A stretch of DNA of 64,000 bases from a virus (IMGVR_UViG_3300033233_000010:32001-96000); one strand, 5' to 3'. Shown: positions 52,315-61,666, counted from the stretch's first letter. The notes: a model not told the origin generated them from the letters alone. Numbers and translations: made by a program.

Positions 52315-53663
52315 TCGGTCGCGATGAGCCTCGTGACGATGACATCCCACGCCTTCTTCTGGGCCGCCTTGTCGTCATGGAAGGCGGTCTTGAGAGCTTC
52401 GAGGTTCGATGCCTCGGTCCCGAAGAGCTTGTGCGTGCGACCGTCCCGCTCGATGTAGTCGTAGCGCTTCGAGTACTCCCAGAGGCGGTCGGCGTTGTCG
52501 GGATCGCCGAGCTTTCGTCCGAACTTGCTCTTGACCCAGTAGTTGAACTGACCATAGCGCCCCATCGGGCACACGCCGGACGAGGTCACGCGGTAGTTGA
52601 TCTCCTGGTAGTCGGGCGCGTCGTCGGGGCCGGGCTTCCACTTCGCGCCGAAGGTCTGCACCTTGTCTTCCACCACGCCCGCCTCGTTAGGCACGAGGTA
52701 GTGGTACTTGCCGCCGGTGAAGCGGACTTCGATCGAGTGCGCGTAGCGGAGCCCCTTGCCGCCCGTCTGGATCTCCGGGTCGCCGAAGGAGTCGAGCGTC
52801 TGCCGCAGCTGATTGATGAGGATGATCGTCGGCTTCTTCTTCTCAGCGACGCCGAGCGAGTTCACCGCCGATGTCCACTTGCGAAGCGCCTTGTTGATGA
52901 GGAGCGCGTTCACCGGGGCCGTGCGCCCCTTCATCGTCTCCTTGTCGATCTCCTCTTGCGATGTGAAGTGCGCGGCGCTGTCGGCAACGATGAGCCCGAT
53001 CGACGCGCCCTTGTCCCGGATCGCCGCATCGACGAAGTCGACGATGTACTGTCCCGAGGGCGGAGCCTGGACAATGAGGTGGTCGAGGTCGACGCCGTGA
53101 CCTTTGACCCAGTACCACATCTTCTCAAGCCGGTTCTCGGCGTCGATCCAGAGCGCATCGGCGATGGGACGGTTCGCTTTGTCGCCGTAGTAATCACACT
53201 CTGGATCGCAGTCACGCCGGTAGCACTGGCCGCAGTAGTAGTGCTGCCACTCGGCGACCGTGTTGAGGCACGAGCCCGTCTTGCCGCTCTTCTCTTTCCC
53301 GAACGCGATCGAGAGACGACCGCCCGGCCACCCGCCGTACATGGCGATGTCGAGACCGACGTTGCCGGTCGTGATGCGCGGGACGTGCATGGTGGGAATG
53401 GTGGATGCCTTGGCGATGGTGCCGGGCCACTTCTTCTGGGCCGAGTTGAGAAAGTCGTCGAGCCCGGTCTCGATCGGTCGCTTCTTCTTGCCAGCCTTTC
53501 CCGACTTCTCCGGCTTCTCCGGCTTCTCGACCTTGTCGGGCTTCTCCGGTTTGGCGGCCTCCGCCGTCTTCGCCCCCTTCTTGGCCTTCTTCGACCTGGG
53601 AGCAGCTTCCTTCGGCGCGTCCGACTCAGCCTTCTCGGCCATCTCGGCGTCGGCTTCGGACAT
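52311..53663 (-). CDS. recA: RecA-like recombinase with a Cys-rich insert
   Basis: TGNVGLD, GKEKSGKT (Walker A), LIVADS, INQLR, TGGKGLRY. Confidence 0.9.
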   Translation of the reverse strand: MSEADAEMAEKAESDAPKEAAPRSKKAKKGAKTAEAAKPEKPDKVEKPEKPEKSGKAGKKKRPIETGLDDFLNSAQKKWPGTIAKASTIPTMHVPRITTGNVGLDIAMYGGWPGGRLSIAFGKEKSGKTGSCLNTVAEWQHYYCGQCYRRDCDPECDYYGDKANRPIADALWIDAENRLEKMWYWVKGHGVDLDHLIVQAPPSGQYIVDFVDAAIRDKGASIGLIVADSAAHFTSQEEIDKETMKGRTAPVNALLINKALRKWTSAVNSLGVAEKKKPTIILINQLRQTLDSFGDPEIQTGGKGLRYAHSIEVRFTGGKYHYLVPNEAGVVEDKVQTFGAKWKPGPDDAPDYQEINYRVTSSGVCPMGRYGQFNYWVKSKFGRKLGDPDNADRLWEYSKRYDYIERDGRTHKLFGTEASNLEALKTAFHDDKAAQKKAWDVIVTRLIATE

Positions 53664-53664
53664 C

Positions 53665-54192
53665 CTACGCCACGTCTCGCTCTCGCTCGGCGATTCGCGC
53701 ATCACGGAGGTCGTAGGCGGCTTGGATGATCTTCGGCAGCTCGACCTTGAGCCGCTCCATGACGAGGTTGTACGCCCGCTCCATGCCCTCGGCGATCTCC
53801 TCGGCGTAGCACGGAACGGTAGCACCGACCATGATCCCAGCCGAGTTGTAGTCCTTGACCTTCTTGAGATCGACGCCGACGTAGCAGGAGGCCGGCGTCG
53901 TGGCGAAGCGGTGAACTTCGATCGTCTCGGCGGGCTCTGAGGACGACGCCTCGTCAGCGGGCGTCGAGGCATCCTTCTTGAACTTCACCGATCGTGAGAC
54001 GCGGATCGTCGTCGGGACAAGGACCGTGTCACCCGGGGCCGGACCCACCTTGGGGAGCGGTGCCGGTGGAGTCGTGTGAACCCTGACCCCCACCGTCTCC
54101 GTCTTCTCCGGCGCTCCCGCCTCGGGTTGCGGGATCACCACTTCGGACACGGTGATCGACTCGCTCGCCGGGGGCGCTGTCTTCTTCGCCAT
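53665..54192 (-). CDS. Hypothetical protein
   Basis: GAGGAG RBS; GC3-rich codons. Confidence 0.75.
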   Translation of the reverse strand: MAKKTAPPASESITVSEVVIPQPEAGAPEKTETVGVRVHTTPPAPLPKVGPAPGDTVLVPTTIRVSRSVKFKKDASTPADEASSSEPAETIEVHRFATTPASCYVGVDLKKVKDYNSAGIMVGATVPCYAEEIAEGMERAYNLVMERLKVELPKIIQAAYDLRDARIAERERDVA

Positions 54193-54673
54193 GACTGGTC
54201 TCCTCTGAAAGCCGCGGGATACCCTCGGCCCTCGTCCACGCTTCTTCTACCTTCCGCTTGAGACACCAGAGCGGCAATCGCCGCCGGCCCTGCTCGGCGA
54301 GAAGCGGCCCCAGAAACGCGATGAACGGCTCGGGGTACCACCGGCGCCGTTGTCCATCGACGATCCGGTTCCTGGGGATGACGTGAGTCTCATCGTAGAC
54401 TCGGAGGGTTTGCTTGGTGATGCCGAGGCGCTTAGCCGACTCGCCGAGGCCAAGGAGCACGATGTCCATCCCATCGACCGAGATGACGCGTGGCCTGTTT
54501 GGACGGCGGTGTGGCTTCACGCCAGTCGGCACGTAACGCTCTCGTGCGGCTCGCTGCTTGGCCTCCTTTACGACCTCATCCGTGTGGTACTTCTCCTTCT
54601 GCCCGTCGAGGACGCGCCTTCGGAAGTCGGGGTTGCCGTTCCAGTACTGAATGAACCGCGAGAAGTCGCTCAT
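54029..54673 (-). CDS. MerR-like HTH protein
   Basis: GLGESAKRLGITKQTLRVYDETHVIP…RRRWY. Confidence 0.7.
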   Translation of the reverse strand: MSDFSRFIQYWNGNPDFRRRVLDGQKEKYHTDEVVKEAKQRAARERYVPTGVKPHRRPNRPRVISVDGMDIVLLGLGESAKRLGITKQTLRVYDETHVIPRNRIVDGQRRRWYPEPFIAFLGPLLAEQGRRRLPLWCLKRKVEEAWTRAEGIPRLSEETSHGEEDSAPGERVDHRVRSGDPATRGGSAGEDGDGGGQGSHDSTGTAPQGGSGPG

Positions 54674-56130
54674 GGCCTCGTCACTTCCAAGACCTCACAG
54701 CCCAGGCTCCTGTAGGCTTCGACGCGGCGAGTAGCTCGCCCTTTCGAGTAGCCGACGTGCGTCTCGTAGCAGTCGACCACCCGGAGCGGTCGCCGTTCGA
54801 TCCCCTCTACCTTCTCCCGCAGGCGCCCCACTGGTTGAAGCGGCTCGCCTGGCGGCGTGGCGAAGAACAGGGTGTCGAGCTTCGGGACGTTGAGCGCATC
54901 GCGCGCCATCACGAAGGTCGCGAAGATCACGTCGGCGCTGCCGACGACCTTCCGCTCCTCCGGCGTCATGCCGGCTTCGAGCGAGGCGGTCTGGATGAAG
55001 CGGTAGTCGGGCAAATAGGGCACGCCGTCAGCAACTCGCACAACCGGATGAACCGGATCGAGTCCGCGGATCGTTTCGAGCCGCAGCTCCTTGAGGTGGT
55101 CGACACGCGCCGAGAGCACAAGGATCTGGCGCCCCTTGAGCGCCGCTTTGACGATCTCCTCCGCGACCATCTTCGTGCGAGCCCGGTCGTTTTCGAGGAG
55201 CGTGTCGTACTTGCCGGGGTCGCACTTACCCATGCGCCACTCCTCACCGAGCTTCTTCCACCTGTGGTACTTGCTCTCCTCGTAGGCGCGTGCGAAGGCG
55301 ATAAGCCGAATCGCGGGCGCCTGGGCCAGCTCCGTGCGGACGCGCTTGGCGCGATGCCCCACGCCGCCGAAGCTCCACCGGACGATGTCGTCGAGCCCGT
55401 CCTTCCTTACTGGGTCGGCGCTGAGCCCGAGCCGGAGCTTGGCGGGGAACATGCGCACGATCTCTCGCCAGCGAGCCGCCCCGTGCTTGTGGACCTCGTC
55501 GCACACGAGAAAGCCGATCTGCTTCCTGAGCGCTTCGGGTACCTCGCCGCGCGAGAGAAGCGTCTGGATCGAGAAGAGCGTGACGGGTTTTCCCACATCG
55601 CAGCGATCGCCCTGCACGATGCCGATCTGATCATCCGTGAGCCCGAGAACGCGCTTCGCCTCGGCGACCCAGTTGTCCATCATGTGCCCGACGTAGACTG
55701 GCACGCCGATCTTGCGCCCGAAGGTGGCGCCGATCGCGTAGCCGCACATCGTTTTCCCGGTACCGGTCGGCGCCACGAGGATGCCGCCGTGGTGCGCCTT
55801 GAGATACTCGACCATCGCCGGGATTGACGTGTCCTGTCCTCGATCTTGGTCGGGTTTGGCGATCACGGTGAAGCGGTGGAACTCGCCCTCGACCCAGTCC
55901 CAGTGGTGGACGTTGCCCCAGAGTCCCTCGTCGTAGTGCCGCGGCACCCACAGGTGACAGTCCTCGTGGCGTGCGGCACACACACTCTCTGGCGCCTGAT
56001 CCTCGTCCCAGAGCTTCTTCTTGCGCGTAAGGGACGCGGCGAGCGCTTGGCGCTCGTGGTCGTCGAGGAGATGGATGGGGATTCCGAGGTCTCCTCGCAT
56101 GACGAAGCCGGTTGCGGTTGCTCGCAGCAT
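54670..56130 (-). CDS. Superfamily 2 helicase (UvsW/XPB-like)
   Basis: APTGTGKT, CDEVH, LGLSA, Q.VGRLR. Confidence 0.9.
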   Translation of the reverse strand: MLRATATGFVMRGDLGIPIHLLDDHERQALAASLTRKKKLWDEDQAPESVCAARHEDCHLWVPRHYDEGLWGNVHHWDWVEGEFHRFTVIAKPDQDRGQDTSIPAMVEYLKAHHGGILVAPTGTGKTMCGYAIGATFGRKIGVPVYVGHMMDNWVAEAKRVLGLTDDQIGIVQGDRCDVGKPVTLFSIQTLLSRGEVPEALRKQIGFLVCDEVHKHGAARWREIVRMFPAKLRLGLSADPVRKDGLDDIVRWSFGGVGHRAKRVRTELAQAPAIRLIAFARAYEESKYHRWKKLGEEWRMGKCDPGKYDTLLENDRARTKMVAEEIVKAALKGRQILVLSARVDHLKELRLETIRGLDPVHPVVRVADGVPYLPDYRFIQTASLEAGMTPEERKVVGSADVIFATFVMARDALNVPKLDTLFFATPPGEPLQPVGRLREKVEGIERRPLRVVDCYETHVGYSKGRATRRVEAYRSLGCEVLEVTRP

Positions 56131-56197
56131 AGTCTCTCGGTTCCCTACCCAGCGTTTTACCTACGCCACGCGGTTTCAGAACAGTGGAAAGCCAGTC

Positions 56198-56851
56198 TCA
56201 AGTCACGATGCCGGAGCGGATTGTTCCGATTACAGATGCCGGCGGCGGTTGAAAATCCGCGGCCAGCGTCGTGTGTCCGCACGCAGAACATCGTAGAGGC
56301 GACCCCTCCTCCGCGAAAGCCTTGTTCTCCCATATCGTTGGGGGGAAGGCGCGTCCGCAGATGCAGCTGTCTCGATGCTGGAGCACCAGCCGCATGACCG
56401 TGGTTACGTGATGCTCGATCCCACGAGCCTTGCTCTCGCGCGGGCCAGCCACGTTGAGGATCTCGAAGCGGTGATGCTCGATCCAGCTACGAATGAAGCG
56501 AGCTGCCCGCTTGTCGAGGCCGATGTCAGCCTTGCACATGAGCGTGAAGTACATCCCACGCTTGCCCAGCTCACCCACGAGGTCGAGAGTGAGCTTTGTG
56601 CCGCCGGTCGGCGCATCCTCGTAAGAAAGAAGCAGCGTGGCGTCAGCGTCCATCACGTTCAAGCGCGTACGTTCTCGATAATCTTCGCTCTCGGTCTCGA
56701 CGAGCGGAAACCCGAGTGGAATCACGCCGTCCTCGGCCTTGCGGCCTTTGGGACACCACCCGCCGACGAAGTAGCCGAGTCCTTGGGCAGCTATGAGCGC
56801 GCCGCGGTCGACGCCGCTTTGGCCTCCCGAGATGACGATCAGGTCATGCAC
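56198..56851 (-). CDS. SLOG-family (Mo-cofactor-carrier/YpsA-like) protein
   Basis: ISGGQSGVDRGAL, RTRLNV.DADATL, LNVAGPRES. Confidence 0.85.
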   Translation of the reverse strand: MHDLIVISGGQSGVDRGALIAAQGLGYFVGGWCPKGRKAEDGVIPLGFPLVETESEDYRERTRLNVMDADATLLLSYEDAPTGGTKLTLDLVGELGKRGMYFTLMCKADIGLDKRAARFIRSWIEHHRFEILNVAGPRESKARGIEHHVTTVMRLVLQHRDSCICGRAFPPTIWENKAFAEEGSPLRCSACGHTTLAADFQPPPASVIGTIRSGIVT

Positions 56852-56860
56852 GCGAAGGTT

Positions 56861-57274
56861 CTACCCTTGAAACGTGGTAGGGCTGTTCGGGTCGGCATCC
56901 GGCGGCTGAACGACAAGCGTCCCGTTGGAGAAGTACTCGACGAAGCGGGTGTTCGCTCCCGGCGCCTTGTCGATGTCGAGATCGAAGATGCCAGTAGTCA
57001 CGTCGATCGTCCCGACCGGCTTGTCGGAGAAGTTGAGGAGCGTCGTGAGGTCGTCATCGACACGGATGTCGCCCGAGATGAAGATCGGCCTGTTGGTGTC
57101 CACCGGCATGATCGGAAGCTGGTAGCTCAGGTGACGGGTTCCATCTGGGGCCTTCCGAATGCGGTCTTCGAGGGGCGAGCAGATGCGGAGCGGGGCTCCA
57201 CGCGGCCCACCGAACGCGCCGCCCGAGTAGTAGCCGGGCGGCGGCCACGGGTCTTCGTGGAACTCGAAGCTCAC
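56861..57274 (-). CDS. Hypothetical protein
   Basis: GTG overlapping the HNH stop. Confidence 0.7.
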   Translation of the reverse strand: MSFEFHEDPWPPPGYYSGGAFGGPRGAPLRICSPLEDRIRKAPDGTRHLSYQLPIMPVDTNRPIFISGDIRVDDDLTTLLNFSDKPVGTIDVTTGIFDLDIDKAPGANTRFVEYFSNGTLVVQPPDADPNSPTTFQG

Positions 57275-57912
57275 GCAAGGTCTCCAATCTTGTCGCGCCG
57301 CAGCGGCGCTGCCGCGATCGCATCTTCGGACGAACGCCCGACACGCATCCGATAGCGAATCGTGCTGTCAAGCACGCCCGTTCGTCTTGACCACTCGGCC
57401 ACGGTAAGCGTCTGCCCGCGAACAGTGAGCGGAGTATTGCTCCGCTGATTTTGGCTCTGCTCGCTTTTCGTCGCCCACCGCACGTTTCCATGCGCATAGC
57501 CAGCGGCGTTGTCGATGCGTTCAAGTGAGTAAGCTGCCCGCCTGCCGTTCATCCCGGCTGGGCGCGATCCCACGTCAGCGAAGAACGCCTCGAAGCTGTC
57601 GCGCCACCGTTCGCAGACCTCGATGCCGCGACCGCCGTAGTCTTTCCACTTCCGGTGCTTCGGATCTTTGCAACGCCGGTTCATGTCCTGCCAGGCTTGA
57701 TACTCTGGAGTCCGAGCCATCCCGTGTGTTTGACATCTGCTCGCCGACAACTCGCGCCGCAAACATCCGCAGCTTCGCGTGTGACCGCCTGTCAAGCTAC
57801 CGTAGCGGACGACCATCTCGGTGCCACAGAGGCACCGGACGCGAACCAGTCGGCGCCCTCGCCGGGCGTCGCGACCAGCCTCTCCGATGATCATAAGGCG
57901 TCCGAAGCTCAT
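57271..57912 (-). mobile_element. Free-standing HNH homing endonuclease
   Basis: CLCG…SCGC, TPEYQAW.DM..RC, YGGRGIEVCERW, SLERIDN..GY..GNVRWAT. Confidence 0.85.
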
Positions 57913-58184
57913 TCTCCGCTCAACCAGGCAAGCCTCTCCACGATACCAGGGGGGCCTCGTCTCCGCTCCTGGGCGCACTGTGAGGACGCGCCGTCCTGGC
58001 CGTCGCAGAACATTCCGCAGACGTGCAACGGATGCCACCCCGGCAGGCTGCTCGTCGAGCAGGCGGTTCCCGAAGAGGCACACTGGGTCGCGTAGGGCGC
58101 GATCGCGTGTGCAACGTAGCGTCCGGTGTCGTCGTCGACCCACTGGTCGCTGCTGCACTGTCGGCAGTAGACCTTGGTCCTCAT
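57909..58184 (-). CDS. Cys-rich hypothetical protein
   Basis: ATGA overlaps at both ends; CRQC…CGMFC. Confidence 0.6.
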   Translation of the reverse strand: MRTKVYCRQCSSDQWVDDDTGRYVAHAIAPYATQCASSGTACSTSSLPGWHPLHVCGMFCDGQDGASSQCAQERRRGPPGIVERLAWLSGE

Positions 58185-58564
58185 GCCGTGACGGGAGCGC
58201 CCTCGCCTGACTCGTCGGCGGCCTTGCCGAACTCCTTCTGGAACTTCTTGGCGGCGGAGACGAGCGCCGCGTGAGTCTTCGGGCTGATCCCGGTGACGAG
58301 CCACTCGCCGGTCACGCCGACCGCCTTGGCGAGCATGTAGGCCCGCGGGATCGAGATGGACCGCCAGCCGTTCTCCAGCTGACCGATGTCCTGCTCGCTC
58401 GTCCCGGCCTTGGCGGCGAGATCCGCCTGGGTCATGCCCTTGGTGGTTCTCGCCTGCTGGAGCCGCTTGCCGACCCCCACCATCTCGGGGATCACCCTGT
58501 TCTTCCGGGCGGTCGCCTTGGCCTTACCCCTCGACCTTGCGCCCTTGGTCATCGTTGCCGTCAT
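58181..58564 (-). CDS. XRE/Cro-CI-type HTH regulator
   Basis: GKRLQQAR..KGMTQADLAAKAGTSEQDIGQLENG. Confidence 0.9.
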   Translation of the reverse strand: MTATMTKGARSRGKAKATARKNRVIPEMVGVGKRLQQARTTKGMTQADLAAKAGTSEQDIGQLENGWRSISIPRAYMLAKAVGVTGEWLVTGISPKTHAALVSAAKKFQKEFGKAADESGEGAPVTA

Positions 58565-58736
58565 GGTGCTTCTCCTCGCGCTTCTGTGCGTCGCGCATCT
58601 TGGCGATGGTTCGCGCGACCGTTCGGTCTGACACTCCGATTCGATCGGCGATCTGCCGGTTGTTGAGTCCTTGCTTGTGCAACTCCCACACCCTGCCCTT
58701 GGCCCGGTTGGAAATTGCGGATGCGTCGACTCTCAT
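58524..58736 (-). CDS. Small HTH protein
   Basis: GLNNRQIADRIGVSDRTVARTI. Confidence 0.8.
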   Translation of the reverse strand: MRVDASAISNRAKGRVWELHKQGLNNRQIADRIGVSDRTVARTIAKMRDAQKREEKHHDGNDDQGRKVEG

Positions 58737-58862
58737 CGTTTTACCCTCCGTCTACGCGTTCAAAGAGTTTGGACTAGGAATCCACACGATTCCCACATCG
58801 CGATGCGCAGCATCACTACTGGGTGGTTGGAACAGCTCGGCTTCGGGAACGGAGCTTCGCGC

Positions 58863-59132
58863 TCAGAGCCCCAGGATCTTCACGAGCCGATCATCGAGAT
58901 CGCGAAGGATGGCATCTTTGATCGCGGTCTTCCCATCCTCGTCGCCGTGCTCGGAAACCATCACCGCGAGGTGAGATTCGTCGATCTTCACAGCGAACGC
59001 GATCGTCTTCTCGAAGTTGGTGCTGATGATTACGGCGCCAGCCGGGCGCAGAAGAAGATCGAGCGTCGGACCGTCGACGGCGGCGAGGCGAATCGGCATG
59101 GCCGGCTCGTTCGGCTTGAAGGCATTGATCAT
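58863..59132 (-). CDS. Hypothetical protein
   Basis: GAGGAG RBS before ATG 59132. Confidence 0.7.
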   Translation of the reverse strand: MINAFKPNEPAMPIRLAAVDGPTLDLLLRPAGAVIISTNFEKTIAFAVKIDESHLAVMVSEHGDEDGKTAIKDAILRDLDDRLVKILGL

Positions 59133-59142
59133 CGTGGTCTCC

Positions 59143-59865
59143 TCAGACGTTGGCGATCGAGCAGGGGGCCGTTTTGACCCACTGAATGTCTTGCTCGATG
59201 CAGATGAAGCGGCGACCGCAGTCGCGCGCGGCCTTGGCGGTCGGGCAGTCACCGGCGAACGGGTCGACGATGAGGTCTCCCGGGTTCGTGAGGATCTCGA
59301 AGATTTCGCGGAAGAGCGCGGGCGGTTTCGCAGCGGGATGACGCTTGACGCCCTTCTTCGTGCGCACGACCGGGTAGTGGAAGACCCCGTTCTCGGAGCC
59401 CTTGCCAAAGCGCCGGTTGAAAACCCACTTCCCGCGCTTGCCCGGAGCCTTCTTGACGGCCCAGAGCGCGTCCTCGTGCGCCTGCGTGAACGAGCGCTCC
59501 TTGTTGCGGGGCATCGGGTTCGTCTTGATCCACATGAGCTTCCGCTTCACGTCGAAGCCGAGGGCGGTGAGCGCCTCCGCGACGAGACCGAGCTTTTTCC
59601 AGTCGTTCCACACGACGATGCTTCCACCGGGCACGAGAAGGTCGGCGGCTGGGGGAAGCCACCCGACCTGGTCGAAGTTCTTGTCCCAGTCGAAGTCGAT
59701 CCCGGTGCGTCCCATGGTCGTGAGGTTGTTCGGTCGCGACACCTCGTAGGGTGGGTCGCCCATGACGAGTCGGACGCTCTCCGGCTCGATCAGTGGGAAC
59801 ACGTCGAAGCAGTCCTCGACGTAGAGCTTGTCGCGGGCAAGCGTCGGGACGGCGGCGATCGTCAC
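59143..59865 (-). CDS. N6-adenine/N4-cytosine DNA methyltransferase, beta class
   Basis: DPPY before HPAAKP and IVDPFAG…FICIE; GTG coupled to the upstream stop. Confidence 0.85.
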   Translation of the reverse strand: MTIAAVPTLARDKLYVEDCFDVFPLIEPESVRLVMGDPPYEVSRPNNLTTMGRTGIDFDWDKNFDQVGWLPPAADLLVPGGSIVVWNDWKKLGLVAEALTALGFDVKRKLMWIKTNPMPRNKERSFTQAHEDALWAVKKAPGKRGKWVFNRRFGKGSENGVFHYPVVRTKKGVKRHPAAKPPALFREIFEILTNPGDLIVDPFAGDCPTAKAARDCGRRFICIEQDIQWVKTAPCSIANV

Positions 59866-60446
59866 TTGGCGTCTCCCTGTTTGGGCTCGAATCTGGTGCC
59901 ACACGTCGAGCAGCGACGCTCGCGTCCGTCGGAGACGAAGGTGCGCGGCAGCTCGCGCTCGACGCCGCCGGCCCAACACACCGGGCACAACATGAGCCTC
60001 TTGAGGCGGTCGATCTCGGCCTTGAGCCGGTCCACCTCGGACGGCGCCGGGTCGGCGAGCGGGACCTCCTCCACCACGATCGGCGGCGGTTCCGTCGCAG
60101 GCGAGTCGGGCGGCGTCGGATTCAACTCCCAAACCACCTCGCCGCGGTTCCTCCGATTGTCGCGCTCGTGCCCGCTCTGCCGTATCACGCCGTCGCGAGC
60201 AAGCTCCGTAAAGCGAGTTCGCGCGGACGACTCTCCGTGGCCGGTCGCCGCGATGAACTCGTCGCCGATCACTCCCCCAGTAACGGCGCCGCTCGGGCCT
60301 ACTACCGCGGGGCCAGCCGCCCGGATCATCGCCTCCACTTGCGCTCGAATGGCGGCTACGTGTGGAAGAATCGCAGCCGCGGCGGCAACCTCGGTCGCGG
60401 GTCCGTGGGCGTGGTGCATCAAGCGCAGCTCGTCGTCGGCGCTCAT
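59862..60446 (-). CDS. Winged-helix protein
   Basis: SSARTRFTELARDGVI; ATG overlapping the upstream TGA. Confidence 0.65.
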   Translation of the reverse strand: MSADDELRLMHHAHGPATEVAAAAAILPHVAAIRAQVEAMIRAAGPAVVGPSGAVTGGVIGDEFIAATGHGESSARTRFTELARDGVIRQSGHERDNRRNRGEVVWELNPTPPDSPATEPPPIVVEEVPLADPAPSEVDRLKAEIDRLKRLMLCPVCWAGGVERELPRTFVSDGRERRCSTCGTRFEPKQGDAK

Positions 60447-60892
60447 GTCGACACCCGGTAGACGCGGGCCTGCTTGCCCGTGCGGGTGGGTCGCCGCTTC
60501 CCGGTGTTGACGATGCGCTCCTCCTTCTGGAGATCCGTGAAGCGAGCGGAGCACGTCTGGTGCGCCATGTCGAGAGCGACCTCGGCCTCGTCGCACGTCG
60601 ACTCGGCGTGGGGCTGCTTCTTCATGTAGTCGATGATCTTCTGGCGGTCCATCGCCCGCTTCGATGCGGACGTGGTCGCGAACGCCTCGACGGACGTGTC
60701 GGCGCCGCCGTGGTAGGAGAGGCACGGGTCGCGCTCGGTGCTCGGCGGCGTGATGGAGAACTCCGGCGTCCCGGGCGACGTGGTTGCCCCACAGGAGCAC
60801 TTCAACACGCCCTTCTTCTTGACGGCTTCGTCCCACTTCGTCTCGGGGATCGCCTTGCCGCAGCTCGCGCACGCCCTCGTCATGGTCGTCAT
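60443..60892 (-). CDS. Zn-finger plus winged-helix protein (paralog of the downstream gene)
   Basis: CASC…CSC; QTCSARFTDLQKEERI. Confidence 0.65.
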   Translation of the reverse strand: MTTMTRACASCGKAIPETKWDEAVKKKGVLKCSCGATTSPGTPEFSITPPSTERDPCLSYHGGADTSVEAFATTSASKRAMDRQKIIDYMKKQPHAESTCDEAEVALDMAHQTCSARFTDLQKEERIVNTGKRRPTRTGKQARVYRVST

Positions 60893-61221
60893 GGTGTCTC
60901 CGTCCCGATGAGAAAGATGCCCTTCTTGAAGCCGCCCTTCGCCCGGCGCTTCGCCGTGGCAACCTTCCTCACACCAGCCATGCCGGCCCCGCAGCGCAGC
61001 GCCAGCTCGTTGAGCACCTCGTAGACATCGGCCAGCTCTTCGAGCTGATGCCGGTTTCCGTTGGCGTTGCGGACCTCAATCGCCTCCTCGACGAGCTTCT
61101 CGCGCAGCGCCAGTTTCACCCGAAGCGGCGAGAGGACCGCGGTGATCGGCCTTTGGCCGGCGCGCATGATGCGCTCGGGGATCTTGTCTCGAACGAGCTT
61201 GTTGAAGATCGCGCGGATCAC
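60889..61221 (-). CDS. MazG/PRA-PH-like nucleoside triphosphate pyrophosphohydrolase
   Basis: NKLVRDKIP, KLVEEA.E, EELADVYEV. Confidence 0.85.
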   Translation of the reverse strand: MIRAIFNKLVRDKIPERIMRAGQRPITAVLSPLRVKLALREKLVEEAIEVRNANGNRHQLEELADVYEVLNELALRCGAGMAGVRKVATAKRRAKGGFKKGIFLIGTETP

Positions 61222-61637
61222 GCCACACCCTTGGCCCGAGCGGCGTTGGCGCGGATCTCCGAGATAGAGCGCATGAGCGCTTCTGGGATAACCTCAGCGC
61301 CCCAGAGGTTGTGCAGGTCGAAGATCGGTCGAAGCTCGACCACGCGCGTCGCCGGATACGGGCCACACGCGCTGCACACGAGGCTGACCACGATGCGACT
61401 CCCGTCGACGATACTCGCCAGCTGCGCGACGGCGTCGAGGTTTGGGTTGGCCGGCGGCTCGCCGAACGTAATGGTCATGTCGCGCTCGCAGCCGCAGCGC
61501 ACGCACGTAAGCGGAACAGACTCCTTCGGCTCAAGGAGCGTCGCCTTCAGCTCGGCGAGCGTCTTGTAGTGCCTGAACGGGAGCTTGCTCGCCGGCTCCT
61601 TGCCTGTTCCGTCGCAGTGCTTGCACGTATCGCTCAC
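61218..61637 (-). CDS. Cys-rich hypothetical protein
   Basis: CKHCDGTG, CVRC, CSAC. Confidence 0.7.
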   Translation of the reverse strand: MSDTCKHCDGTGKEPASKLPFRHYKTLAELKATLLEPKESVPLTCVRCGCERDMTITFGEPPANPNLDAVAQLASIVDGSRIVVSLVCSACGPYPATRVVELRPIFDLHNLWGAEVIPEALMRSISEIRANAARAKGVA

Positions 61638-61666
61638 GCCGCCTTAACTCCTTTGAGCCACTAGAC

